From Dudresnaya verticillata (taxonomy: Eukaryota): a stretch of 64,000 bases of DNA. Position 1 is the first letter of the stretch. The number at the start of each line of letters is the position of its first letter. The position numbers and the translations under genes are program-made. Below the pieces are notes generated by a model. The model was not told where the DNA came from and made no database searches. It saw only the letters and a program-made list of their open reading frames with translations. The stretch spans positions 310,001 through 374,000 of the forward strand of contig OZ374564.1 in NCBI GenBank assembly GCA_977862235.1, read 5' to 3'. Positions 43,401 through 57,230 of this stretch are shown here, in pieces.

Positions 43401-45369
43401 AGTGGAGCAGTAGGAACCTCTTCATGAGTACCGCTCGTCTCAAAAATTGTTACTGCTCTGATGAGCTTATATCTGCGTTTGTAATCCACGAGAGTTGCGT
43501 TTCAAAGACAAGGTTGGCGTTTCTGCTTGGATGTAGGCAAGGCCGCACTAGTGCCATGGATGTTATTGGAGGATGCTGTAGCGTTCATGTTTTGAGAACA
43601 GTTGGCCTCTTGCGTGAACCTTCATCCTGACGAACCTGTGTTGAGCAAATAAATCTTTTGACTAGAAAGAACAGAGAATTACCGACTTCGAGGTAGTGGC
43701 TGAAGTGTCATAATATTGCTACGTCATCGCTTTCTCCCTGCTATTTTCAGAACAAGAACGATTCTAGAAACCATCGGCAACTGTTTTTCTGGCGGGGGTA
43801 ACGTGGCCTGCAGAGGTGGTTCACGCTGCTTCTATTACTGCATCTTCTGCTCTTGACCGACATTCTTCGCATTCTCCTATTTCAAAAAATGTAAAGATGG
43901 CAATCCGAGAACGTGAGCTTTCCACGAATCTATGCCCCTAGCCTGCACGCCTGCCCCAAAAGGGGGCAGTTAATATTGTTAACAACGAAACTATTTGTGT
44001 AGAGGAATCGTCACTGCCTGCCTTAAATAATGTATGTCGGGAAACGAAGAGGGCTTCTATACATAGATTCTTCAAAAGTGACTAGCAGACTGCAAGTTGC
44101 AGCACCATTGTTGCTAGTGCGTCAGTGTGGCACAGTCAGCATCAAAGAAAGTATGCGCGGCTTCACGAACGCAAGGCCACCTTCGGGGAACCCTGCCGCC
44201 CAAACTTTGTCACGGTTACCAATAATGACAAGCTTGCGTGTGCTTGTGCTGAGCATGCACAATGATGATGCTTTCCTTCCTAGAAAATAGATACTAGTTT
44301 CGGAGAGAAATAATAGTCTTCATGTCTCTCGCCATACTCGTGCGCAGATACGTGCAAAATAGTATTTTTCTCCTAGAACCTTCAACTTTCAGGGAAGGAT
44401 TGAAAACCTTTCCAGGTTCGAACTCAAGCTTTAGTGAAAACTAAGCTATGGGCTCAAGGTAAAGGGCATTCTTGGGCAAGCCTAAAGGCTGTGAGGCGAT
44501 AACGAAAATAGAAGAATTTGTGTATAATCAACAACGTGAGCAAGATCATGTCCTGGATTGCGGCTCAGATAGCGCGAGAATTGTTGTAGAACGAATACTT
44601 TCTTCGGAGCTGCACTTGAAAGACTTCATACATATTCTGCAGCGGCAATATTTCGAACATATAAAACTCATAACATTGTGTAGCATCGGTTGCTGCGTGA
44701 GGCTGCCTGTTTTGCGAGGTCCAGCTACTTCGAGCGTGGGCTGTAAGTGCCTCTCCTTCACAGTACTGATATATCCGGGCCACCGGACCAACATAACCTT
44801 TGCAACGTAACCCTTTAAACCCATCTATGCGCCAAACAGTGTTCTGGAGTGGCTTTTCTCTATAAGGAACACCAACGGCGTTCTAGATTTGATTGTAAAG
44901 CGCTACACAAATATCGGCATCTGCTACTACAGAACTAGCAAGGAAAGACGCGACATAGAATAATGGCCTGGCATAAAGAGAAATGGCTGCTGCTGTCGGC
45001 GACGATACGTGTTATTCATGCACGTTTAACTCCCGAAGCTACAGTGAGGGTGAATTGCCTTCGTGTGCTCCTGTGATGAGAGCAGCTATGAAACAACACA
45101 GGTGGCATGCGCCGATTCCAATTTATTAACATTCATTGTTCAAGCTGTCTCGAGCGATCTCCATGGCATATTCGTGCAGAGCGGAGCGGGAATCTGCATG
45201 CCAGAGGCTAGGTAGCTCATAGGGGTTAGGTCGCGCAGCGGCCAAAGTTTGTAAGGACAGACAGAGCCGGGACTGTGTACTATTGAGTGGGACTCGCTGT
45301 GATTCTCTCCAAACTTTGTAGCACTGGTGTGAGTCGAAAACACGAAAGATGATTGTACTGACTACATGC

Positions 45370-45446
45370 CGTGCGTGCGTGCGTGCGTGTGTGCGTGCGT
45401 GCTGTGTGCGTGTGTGCGTGTGTGCGTGTATGTGCGTGTTTGTGTG
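45370..45446. repeat. (GTGC/GT)n compound microsatellite
   Basis: Alternating purine-pyrimidine run. Confidence 0.9.
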
Positions 45447-47701
45447 TTCGTGGACTCCCTGGTGTGAGTGATTCAGGAAAAATCCAGTATAGCGATTGAA
45501 AGTACGTACACTTGTAACAAGTCACATCTGTCAACTTGGTCCTGGGTGAACAATAAGCTGAGGATGTGTAGACGTTAGTATTCTTTAGCCCGTAATTGCT
45601 TGTTTAGTTGTGGAAAAATGCAACAAGGCCTTTAAAGCTGAGAGTCACTCCTCGTTCATTCAACCCGTTCGCGGTAGCAGTCATACGAACGTTATCCATC
45701 CAAGGCCCTCAGAAACAGAACGGCCTGCTTAGCGTAGCTTGCCGAGAACCTTGTGGCGAAGGGTGGAGAGAAACTGGAAATATGGGGCTCAGCAAGAACC
45801 CTGGCTTATCGTCAGTGACAATCAGCTCTAGTACCTGCGCTGTGCAAACGTGCGAAGCGTAGGCTGCAGTCTCTTCGCTACTTTCGCGAGTACTACTCTT
45901 GGCACGGAACTTTAGCGACGACCGAAAGGTCCACTTATTTTTGGTAGCACAACGGCGCTACTAGCCGCAAGTAACTCTGTGGATTCGCGCTTGAACTACA
46001 TTGTGCTCTTGGTTGCTAAGCAGAATTCTGGGTACAAGTTTCCAAAATCGTGTGGGACCGTGCACAATCAAAATAGGACGCGCAAACTGCGCGTGAAGGT
46101 CTCCAATTTTTTAGCGATGAGCTGCTGCGAGTTGGGTACGAGTGCGGCAACGAAACAACACGAAGGTCCTGGTCCGATGAGAAGCGGACGCACACAATGC
46201 TGGCATCAGTACAACCTAGATTGGTGTCCTGGATGCAAAGAAAGTTTGCCCTCCGCACGCCATTTCCTCAGGCGAATTCCCTCTACGTTCCATTCTACCG
46301 TATCGCAAGCGGGGTAGCTTTTCATCCTTTCAGCCAGGTGGAATGGCGTGAGGAGTCTCACAGCAGAGTTTGACTCCTCTTTAAAGACGCTCTTCACCGC
46401 ACGCAACACGTTCCCAACGCCCGTATTTCTAGGTGCCTTTCAGGCACCACCACTACACAATAATAAACAAGCAGCTGCATGTGAAACATGGTGACTATCC
46501 AAGGAAATCCCGCATATTACTAGGAGAATCTCGGCTCGGCGCAACTGTACTGGGGCAATCAAACACTGCGCTCTGCTTTTAGCTCACGTTAGTTTTTGCA
46601 CTGAAGTTTCGAGAGGCTTGCTGGTTTTCTTCGTGAGTGTGCGAAGCCTTATTACCTTGCGCCAGGCAGCATGACATGTCCTCTGAAGTAGCAGAACACA
46701 GCGAGCGGAATGACACAGAATCGATGTAACGTAAAGGAGGTTGGGAAGGGCTATCGAAAGAAAGGCTTTTGCAACAGTGGGTCGCGGTGGTCAGTTTCGA
46801 AGATCGCCGTGCGGGGGGGAAGAGGCCGCAGCTAAATAGCACAGTCTGGTGGCGGCGGAGACGTCTGCGCGAAAATGTCACGTCATTTCACTTGAGCAGA
46901 TGCACGGAATCGGTCCCGGACCGATTCCACGCGTTCCACTCTTTACTAATTTAGGCGAGAAAATGGGAACAGCCTGCAGCATTTGGCCGCGTGTTGGGAG
47001 CGGTGCTCAGCGCCAGTGTATCTACCCCATAGCTCAACACAGATCAAGGTCAACTGATGAACCACACGGCCCGGCTCCGCACATCAGTACCGCAGTGCGA
47101 CAAGTATCTTGCTGGAGAGTGTGAATCTGTAAAAGTAGTCATTGCTGAGGTCAGATGTTGTTGCGAACGGTTGTGGCATGCGTTGTGAATGTTATTATAC
47201 ATGAGCCGACATGGTGATAGTGTGGAACGTCGTACCCTTTCTTCACCCTTTGTCCAAGGCATAAGGATACTCAGCATGGTACCTCAGCATGGTACTGTTC
47301 ATACTGCACAAAAGCACCTGGCTCCCTTGCCGAAGCGTCTTGGAACATCGTACTGTACTGCCTGGCAAGGGTATAGCACTCGCCCTACTGATCCTGAACT
47401 CGGCCCGTGGCCGGCTCAGGTTCTTGCGCTGGATAAATAAAGGATAGAAGTCTCTTGTCTACTTCGCTGTCGCAAGGTGCTGGCTTTACATCGTCACCAA
47501 GCAGAGTATGACGAGTCGGTTGAGAGACTACTCTCACTGCGGAGGCTGCTTCTTAATGATATCACCTTTTCAGCTGGTCCAGCTTTCTCAACGCACAGTA
47601 ACTTGGCTGTATCTCGCTGTACTGTACTTTTTCTATAGAAGCGTCGCAGTCAGTGCTGTGGCTGTCCGGAAGTCTTTGTGCCAAGCTAAGTGATCACTTT
47701 A

Positions 47702-47752
47702 GAACCCCCTGTTCCGAACCCCCTGTTCAGAAGCCGCCGTTCAGAAAACCGC
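47702..47752. repeat. 14-bp tandem repeat GAACCCCCTGTTC(C/A), 3-4 decaying copies
   Basis: Copies at 47702, 47716 and 47730, plus a partial copy at 47744. Confidence 0.7.
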
Positions 47753-50700
47753 ACCCCACATGAATAGTTGCAATCGATAAATCGGCCTTAGAGGGTTTCT
47801 GACGCAGTTGCCCCCTTTTGAAGTTGGTATTGCACTGTACTTTTATTCGAATACAACTTTCGCTACTCCAGCTGCCATCACAGCATCTGCGTATATGATA
47901 CCCCTCCAGGAAACAGACGTAAAGCCACCGGACCCTTTCTATTTTGTTTCATTTGTTTTCTATCTACGCTGAAGAGTATGTGAAGTAAGGCATTAAATTC
48001 CAACTAGTCCGACTTTGGACAACACAAGATTTGGATACTAGTGCAGTGTCATTCCAGTCTCATTCTTTCAGGAGCTCACCGCTCTTGCAATACGGTCTTC
48101 TCATTGAGAAAAGAGAGAACCGTATTGCGTATCTCAAAACAGCAAAACAACAATAACAGAATGGTCCCTTGCCTATTAGAGTCTTCACGAAAATTAAACA
48201 CAGAACTCTGCAACTCTCACTATAATACAGCCCACTTGACGACATCTTTGGTAAATATGAGTGGTAAAGCTTGAGAAACAGATACACCTATTAGGCACAC
48301 TCTACTATCCCCGCTATAGTTAGATTCGGGACGTATGGGGTTATCTAGCTTTAGATCTAAAGATACGTCTCTAATTTTCATTACAGTATATCTGCCGAAC
48401 GGTGGTGGCTGTCTGTTTGGCGTTGCCGACATCGGAATTGCCATTTGCAATGTACTACTACTGTACTAAACAGAAGGCGACCCTGCCAAACCTGCACCAG
48501 GGACGGATTTAGATTGTGTTGGACATATGAGGGCTGCCTGTGAAGAGATTTATCTTAATGGATAAAAGGGACTAACTTTAGTAAAGGAATAAAGGCCCTG
48601 CCCCATTGTACATTGAAAATAGATGAAGCAATGCTGAAGGCTTTGTACGGAGCTCAGGAGAGAAATATAACCCCTGGGCGCTCGATGCCCCGCAGAGCCC
48701 GCAGGCCAATGGCCCCGACGTCCAACCCACATCGAGATGTGAGCGTTGTACAGAGTACGAGCGCCTGGTGGGCACTCAGTCGACAAGCCGAGCTGATGCT
48801 CTGAGCGAGTCGTTCTACTAGGCGTACGCTGGCAGTTTCATGGGAGCCCTTGAGCATATGCGCTGGGCTGCCACGCCTCTCTACATTATTGGGAAGCTAT
48901 CAGGTCCCCGACTGGGGCGAAGACTTGGACACCCTCCCGTCCAGCACCGAAAAAGTTGGGAAGGCTGGTGCCTGCGACGGCACTTGCCCGTGACAGTCAG
49001 GAAAGGAGCTTGCGGACGCAAGTCACGGGATATACTGTGGGTTGCACAGAGCTGTCTAGCGGTAGAATAAATAAAGCGATCCGTTGGTGTCGGACGACTG
49101 CGAAGGGCATGTAACCACTGCATCGGACCCAGCTGTTCTACCCCATCTATTCGCTTTCCTTCTTTCATTCTCTTTATCTTTTATTTTCGCGTACGCGAAA
49201 CGGTCTTGGATACGGACGTGCCTACTTGTCACAGAAAGCAGTTCTATAGCATCAAGAAAGACCTAGAGCTGTAATATATTGTTTGGACCGGCACGGATGG
49301 TAGATACAGGCCAGGAGAAAAGTCAAATCAGGATGTACTGTTACATTTACTCTTGGTGCAGCCACAGGTGCGATGCACTAAAGCTCTATTTATACATTAA
49401 ATAGTGTTCCAACACTCAATCCTTGGACATGATTTTTTATAGCGCTATTAGCGCGAAGCGATTGGAATGTTTGGCATGATTATATTATTGGATCACCTTT
49501 TCCCTTCTGCGGCCATCGGAAGTCAATACAGTAATAAATAGAATTATTGCCTGCTACGAACGGCTTGCTTTATATGAGGCCATGCGTGAATGTGCAAAGA
49601 TTAAAAGTAGGGCAGGTACTGTGGCCAGGCAGTGTCCTTTTGCGCTCCAACAAGTGATGCACTGTCGTAACAATAAATATAAAAGAGTGTCTGTTATTAA
49701 TCTGAAATGTAGAATACTACTACTGTACGTGAGTGTAGTTGCCTTGTTATGACTACAGTTGCAAGTAGTCTAGTTCTATGCTTTTGTTTTGTCCTATTCT
49801 GGACCTTTGTACCTTCCTTGTTGCCCTGTGTACATAGAGACACAATAGATATAGAAGTTCGGATGATATGGAGTTATTTCGCACTATAAACCAGCCCCCA
49901 TATTAAACGAGACCGTTTTCGTACTGTACATGGACACATGGACAGTTGCGGTATCAGTACGCGAGCTTATACACGTGTAGTGTTCAATGACCATTACGAT
50001 AAGGTCTTCCATATTGATGTATAATTTGGTGTCCTGGTTTGTGCATAGGTGAGCGTTTTGAAAGAAGAGGGTTTCTGAAATTTTGTGCTGTACTGTACTG
50101 CACTAGCACTTCTGCCGAATGAGCTCCGAAGACTATTCTGCATGTGTGAAGGGGCAACAGGCCTAGGCGAGTGTTTGCATAAGAAATAACAAGGAACATT
50201 ATTCCGGGTTTGTACCACAATTCATGCAGTAATACTGTACTTGCATGCACGATGCCCCACGTAAAGCGGCAAAGATGTACCACAGTTCGTCAAAGCCAGC
50301 AGGGAAGCCAGCAGGGACGACACGGGGGTAGAACAAGATGATGATGAGGCTTGGCACAAAGAAAGGGGCCAAATAAAATACAATTAGGCTTACTGTTCAC
50401 TGTTCACTGTTAATGACGAGTTGCAGAAAATGGGGAACCGAGGGGAACATCAATCTGTCCGTCTGAGATCTTAATTTTATTTTCGGCGTTCGATGGTTGC
50501 ATACCTTACTGTTCTTGCTGTACTTTGCTGCATGTGCGCAGCCGTGGGGGGGCACTGTCGCTGTGTAAGCGAATTTAATGAATGTTCCATCCGTCAACAT
50601 TTAATCCGCACTCGTTCCCTCCAGTTCAGTCGCCTGACTGAGGGCAGAATTGACAGGCCTTTCGACTCACAATGGCCGAAAAGGGACGACAGAAGCGGTA

Positions 50701-53700
50701 GTACTCGGTAGTACATTATATTGTAGCGCAGTACAAATTTGCGTGAGTTGCTTTTTGTGGCGTTTCTGTCCTGCTCTGAAGCCTTAACATGTTAATTAAT
50801 TGCAGAGTGTTGTGCAATGCTTCGACTCCGACATCTGCGGACTTTGCAAGGTCATATCGCAGTTTTTTTTTGTGGCTGAGGTCGGCACTCGCCGAGAGCC
50901 TCATTCTGTTTCCCTCGTTTCTGACTGAGACTTGTCGCGGGTGGTCGCGTTAAAAGATGGCAATGGTCCCTGTGCAGCACCCCTCTCCACGCAATGGATG
51001 GACCGTTCAAAAAGTGGGGCGGGCCACAGATTCTGCCCCGGAGGTGGACCGGCTGCGAAGAAGTTCCGATCTATCGCGACAAGGCGCCCGTGCCAACAGA
51101 CCGCTCTGCCTCGACAGATACACGTACAGTTCACAAACAAGATGGACGCAAGTGATTAACGCTCCCTCGTGGTCTCGCGACTGCACTTCTTTGCTTGCCC
51201 TCGTTTGTGGCAAAACCTACAGCCGCGGCCGGCAGCCGCCCGGCCAGTCAGCCAGCGATTGTGAAGGTCTTGCTGTGCCAGCACCACTCGCGCATCACCA
51301 TTCCTTTGCCTTGTCGCCCGGTTGAATCAAAATATGCTGAGGTCACAGGAATTTGTCCGACGCGCAGACCCTTTGCCAGCCGTCTCCCTCTGTCGACCCT
51401 CTTTTTCGCACTTCTCTCTCTCGCCTCTGCGGCGTGTGTGTGTTTGTGACAGTGTGCATTCATCGCCGAAGGGGTTTGTTCGCATTGCCCCGTGGTTGTT
51501 CCTGAGTGTGGGAGGCGTCCGCTGCTGCCCGCTGGCTCGCATGTCTCCGCAGAGTCACGGCGACAGCGCAGCTGGGAGAAAGAGAGACTACTATGTGAAT
51601 CTCTGAAGAGACGTTTTTGCGCTGCATCTGATTTCGAAATGACTGCACAGGGTCATGTTTGACGAAGTACACGCCCCACAGCGTGGGCTTTCACACGCCA
51701 GCACGACCGTGCACGAAGCGTGCATGTAGCGCAGCACAACCTGCACGCAGGTACAAGTTGTATGCGCGCCCTTAAACGCGGACATGAAAATCCGGCAACG
51801 GATTGATGAGGGCCAAAAATGATGATGGTGGAGGGGGGCAAAGGGGAAGGCCCAAGCTGACGGTTGGCGCCAAATGCTCTCTCTCATCCTCTCTGTCTGC
51901 TTAGTTGCCAGCTGTTGACAGCACTAGCGGATGTCATAAAATTTTCGGTTTCCTTAACCATGGGGGTTGCAGACAGGGACAGATATCTGGGGTGGGGTAC
52001 AAGGGGCATTGCGTGATGTGCTTGTGTGCATGCAGAGCAGCTGCTGTATGTGTGTGCATGCAGACGGGGGCGTCGTGTGTACGATGGTGGCCGTGCCGGC
52101 GGAAGCAGCAAGCGCAAAGCTTCAATGCTGGCGTGTGCAGCATCGAATGGCTGGTCCTGCTGGCACTGACAAGGCAGAACGACGAGATGGCAAGGGCTGT
52201 TGTATCCGCCGCGATCACATTGCTTATACGCGGGCTGCCGTGTCAACACGTCGGGGCAAGCATTGCCTGCTCTTGGACGCGACCAAGCTAGGCGGTCATT
52301 CTGCGTGGGGACTCGGCGGCACAGGCACAGCACGCACATGGCCAGACAGCATGCAACGGTTTGCGCGACGATTGCGAAGACGGGCAAAGTCATCGGGGCA
52401 CCTGCGGGTGGCGATTGAAGCGTATTTGTCGGGGACAAGTTGGAGAAAGTGAGAAAGTGTGGGTGGCCTTATTTGGGCGGGGGCTATTAATAAAAAAAAA
52501 GATCGAAGAAATCGATACTGAGCATGCGGATTGAGCTACAAATTGGAGTGGGAGACATGTCCGCGGAGGTTTGTTGCGTGGACGGGCCCAACAAGGCGCG
52601 ATGCGACTGGGTAGGTGGGAAGGGTGTTTTTGCCAGTTTTGACACAATGCTCGGGGCACAATGATGGGACTCCGGTTGTGGTGGTGTGTCGGTGGTGGTG
52701 GTGGCATGCTGGGCCGGTTGACAGTTTGGGCTAGCAGGGGTGACATATAACATTCGGCGCGGGGGTTGTTCATTGACGGCGGCAAGGGCTGGTGAGGTTG
52801 TGCAAGCGGGCAGGCGATACCAGCGCGGTGGGAAGGATATCTCCGAGTGGTTATATCCGTACAATTATTACATTTTGGCTGGAGGGAGATTGCCCAGAGT
52901 TGTTGGAGCTGCTATAGCAGCATCGGGAAGGTTGGGCGGGTTTTGGCAACAACGACAATTGCGAAGATGAGACGAGGGAAGACTGGTTTTCTCTTCGACT
53001 GATGCAGTCGTTGGTTATTTTTTTTTCTATGAATTGGAGGTTGGAGGACACACGGTGCGACAGAATGGTCGAGAAAGATTGCGTCCGGGATACACACGGA
53101 CTGGATAATCCGCACTAGTGAACTTTGTTGTGTGTGTGACAACAGCACAGCAGGGGCGATGTGATTGTGATGGTTGATGTGAGAAATGTTTGTGTTCTCT
53201 TGGCAGAAGTGATTGGGGTTCGAGAGGTCAGGCAGTGTACCGTACGAAATTACGGTACGGGTAGGCGGAGGCCGCGCATGCACGGCATACAGTGCAGCAA
53301 AAACGCGGCTACATAGGGCAAGTTTGTGGCAGCTGGCAAGGTTTGTTATAGTGCGTTTTGATTGTGTGTGTGTCCTGATTTGGGGGATTTGGGGAGAGGT
53401 CTCCATTTAGGGGAGATGTTGACGTGGGATACGAAAACATGGTAAGATTTTTGCCCCTCATGTGGGTATTGGAGATTTGAGGAGACTGGACCTCGGGAAA
53501 GAAGGCGAAAAGGGGCAAGTTGTTGCGAGAAGGGCGCAAGAGGAAAAACGAGGCACTCTGGGCGGTGGTGTCACTGTGTGCAGAAATAGGAAAAGTGACG
53601 AGGAATCTTCAAGCAGGCGTCGCTGTGGTAAATATGGGGCGGCTATAAGGTTGGGCAGCAGCTACAGTACAGGGCATTGTTATGTACTGCAGGAAAGACG

Positions 53701-55359
53701 CGGTGGACTCGACAGGGGCCTTGTGCGACGGACCTGCGGCGGCTATTATTCATGGGGCCGGGCGCGGGGTTTCAGTTTCTCGCCGGCTGTGTGTACAGTA
53801 CAGACTGTGGAACGGGATGCACAACGCGTGCACGGTTTGGATGGAATTCGGGGGGGGAATTGCAAGATGGGAATGTTTGGACGCGGTTGGATGTGGGAAG
53901 GGAATGTTGACTGAGGCCGCGGGTCGAGAAAACGGGGCTGTGTGTGATGCGTTCAGATCAGTGGATCTGTGCTGTAACATGTTAAAAAATAGTTGATGAT
54001 GATCTGTGGAGATACACGTGAAGTGCCGTGGTTGGACAAAAACAGACTGCAAGGTCGCGGCAGTGCCCTCCCGTCTGCTTTTTTGGGAATATTTGTATGA
54101 ATCAAAATGGCGAGGGGGCATTGTCCGCCGCAGCAGCCGTCATACGTGCCGCTGCAGGCTGGTCCCGGTCGGCACGGCACGGCGCGGCATCGCGCGGCGT
54201 GAGTTTTTGTAATTTTTATTAAACGGCGGAAAATTGGCGGCGCTCGGCGACACGGCGGGCGGCGGCGCACACGGAGGCAGGCAGGTCAGGTCCTTGCCAA
54301 GAGACGGCAAAAGTGGTCAAAGTTTCGGGTAAGGTGATCAGGTTGTAGCGCAGAGAGTGCCGTGCAGAACGAATATCGGGATCGGAGCGCCGTGGCCGGT
54401 CGCGAGAGGGGCACGGCCGGGGCAGCTGCTGGTTTGCACACCGTTGTCGTGCGCGGCGCGCGGTGCGCTGTGCGCCGCGGCGCTCGCTGCTGCAGCTCGA
54501 GGGGTGTCGTGTGACGGCAGAAAATGAAGCACCAGAGTGCTTTTGTGTTTAAAGGCTTCGGTTCGTGTCCGAGCCGGTGCAGAGTAAGGACCGGCATGGA
54601 GCGGCGTGGCACGGGCCTCGCACGATCTTAATAGGCGTGTGAATATTACAGTGACGGGCGCGCCCGTGATTGGGAGACGTCAAGCGCGTTTCATTGATTC
54701 CGTGCCTACTGCGAGGCCGCGCCGCGCCCGTTGTGTGTCGTTGTTTATTTATTTATCGGCCGCTTACTTTCGCGCACGTACTTTTCTCGTAACCTACTGT
54801 ATGTGCCCCGATCACACGCCGAGCGCGCGCGCCAAGCCCGCGGCCGCCTTCGCCGCCGCCGCAGTCAGGCCGGCGCGCCGCGAGCCGACAGACCAGCGCA
54901 AAGGCAAACGCGCATGCGAACGCGAAGATGAAGAGGCAGGACGTGCTGATGTCATTGCCAGACACACCCGCGCCGCGCCCACCCGCGCACCCCGCGCTCC
55001 CACCGGCCGCCGCGGGCCGCGCCGCGCCGCGCCGCGCAACAACGGGCCGGGTGCGTGGCAGCCCCGAGTTGGCGTGGGAGCGGGGCCGCGCGCGATCGGC
55101 GGGGCAGCGCCGCGGCCCAAAGGCCGCCACTTGACACCGCTGCGTTTTGTTCTTTGCCCCGATTTCCGTTGGACCGCGCGCGCCCGACGCCTGCCGCGCA
55201 CGTGTGTCGCGCGCGCTTCGCTCCCCTACGCACCCCACCCTCACCCCCCCCGCCGCTCCGTGTGATTGATATCCGCCCCGTGTCGCCCGCCCGCCAAAAG
55301 CAAACGGATCAGTTGCGGCGCTCTGCGCCCCGTGTCCGCCAATCCGCACAAAACTATCA

Positions 55360-55362
<3 letters not shown>

Positions 55363-55400
<38 letters not shown>
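55363..55400. repeat. (AC)19 microsatellite
   Basis: Direct observation, upstream of GATA-B. Confidence 0.95.
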
Positions 55401-55402
<2 letters not shown>

Positions 55403-56161
55403 AGTCACACACACGCACACACTCGCCCGCAGCCCGCGCCGCGCGCGCGCCGCTCTGCGCGTAAAAACCCCGCCGCTCATTACATACTGGTCCCCTCGCC
55501 CCCATCCCCCGCCCCGCCCCGCCCCCCACTGCCCCCACCGCCGTTCCGCTCTCCCCGAATCTCCCCGCACATACACCCACCTCCTCCCGCACACACCTCC
55601 CCTTCCACCATCACCACCACCGCCACCACCCACCGCCACCGTCACCACCGCCACCCCCCACAAACGACCTCCGCCCGCCCCCCTCCTCAGCGTCTTCGTG
55701 TCATTCGCCTCATAAGCCACACACCCCTCTGCGCTGCGCTGCCAGCAACACCCGCCCGCACCATCCCCCCGCCGCGCGCGCAACCATTCCCCCGCGCCCG
55801 CCCGCGCCCCGCCCAACCGAGCCGCGCCAGCACGCGCCGCGTCTCACCGCCTGCTGCGGGGTCGTCCCCGTCCCCGCGCTGCGCGCTGTCGCCGCTGTCG
55901 CTGTCGCTGCCGCCACCGCCGCCGCCGCCGCCGCTACCGCCGCCGCCACCGCCGCCGCCGCCCGCACCTCCGCCGCCGCCCTCGCCCACCGCGCTGCGGC
56001 TCGCGCCCGCCCCCGCCACCATTTTCTCCCTAACCCCGCCGCCCCCGCCGCCGCGTCACTGGCCGCGCGCCCCACCCGCTCCGCCCCCGTCGCTGCGCCG
56101 CCCCGTCGCCCGCGCAAAGCCCGCCCCCGCCCCCGCCCCCGTTGCACACGACCCGTCCCGC

Positions 56162-57230
56162 ATGTTGCACAACTTCTGCAAGGACTCTGCTCCGCGCCAT
56201 GTCCGCGACTTTTACCTGGCCCGCCTCTACCGCGCAACTTCATCCGCAGACATGAACCACTTCCCCGCCCCCCCGCACATCCCCGACGACCCCCACGACG
56301 ACCCCGCCTCCAGGTACGGCGCCCTCCCCCGCTCCAGGCCCCGCGGCGATGATGGACGCTTTGTCCCTCGTGCCGACGAGGAGCCTCCGGTTGACAACCG
56401 TGATAGGAAGGTTTGTGGGTGGTGTCGTACCACCACCACCTCGCAGTGGAGAGTCGGCCCAACAAACGGTTCAGTTGGTATGTTTTCTACGTTCATTGCT
56501 TCATCTTCTTCTTCGTATTCGTTTCATATTTCTTTCGTTTCATCTTTCCTCTCTAACTCGTTTCGCTTCGCTCTTCTCCCCCATCTCTCCCTTCTGGATA
56601 TAAACAGAAATGGGCACGCTTTGCAACGCTTGTGGAATTAACTACCGCCGCGCCCTCGCAAAGTCCCCAGGAGGGACGCTCAACCTGGATCGCCTGGCCG
56701 AACAAATGGGGCACACTCGCCTCTCCATCCAAAAGGCTTTGAAGCGCCAGAGAAAACTCTCCGCCCCGCCCCATCAGTTCAAACGCACCCGCACCATCAA
56801 CCGTCCGTCTGCTGCTTATACTCACCTCTCAACAACAGACCGTTTTGGCGTACCGGCTCGTGTCCCGCTCAGCCCATCCCACTCAAGCCTCACAATGCTG
56901 CTTTCGGACGACACTATACACACTCAACCTGCGGTTGTCCCCGTCGCTGCCGTTCACAGGCCACCTCCGCTCGCCGGCAGCGCCCTGGACTCCCCTTCCC
57001 CTGTCTTCGCTGTGTCACGTCCTGCTACAACCCGCTATGTCTCGCAGTCTGTTGCCCTGCCCTCCCCGCCTGTCCCTCCGGTCGAGTACCCTGCTACTGT
57101 TACTCAACAGGTTGGAGTCACTGAGCAACATGTGGATACTGTTGGAGGTCATGGAAGAGATGACGATCAGTCGCGCCTGCCCCCGTTCCAAGCCTTCATC
57201 GGTGATTTGGAGAGGCAGCCGCCGATGTAG
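56162..57230 (+). CDS. GATA zinc-finger transcription factor (GATA-B), 2 exons
   Basis: Exons 56162 (or 56252)-56477 and 56608-57230. Intron 56478-56607 (GTATGT..CTAAC..CAG). Spliced finger: CGWC-RTTTTSQWRVGPTNGSVEMGTL-CNACGINYRR. The start codon is uncertain. Confidence 0.88.

Noticed and set aside
44391..44425. tRNA-Phe-like fragment (GGATTGAAAA..GGTTCGAA)
   Set aside because: No acceptor stem or D-arm can be formed, and the spacing is too short.
55055..56161. Polyproline 'formin/extensin-like' N-terminus of the 528-aa ORF
   Set aside because: No ATG; it is the translation of microsatellites and C-runs in the GATA-B leader.
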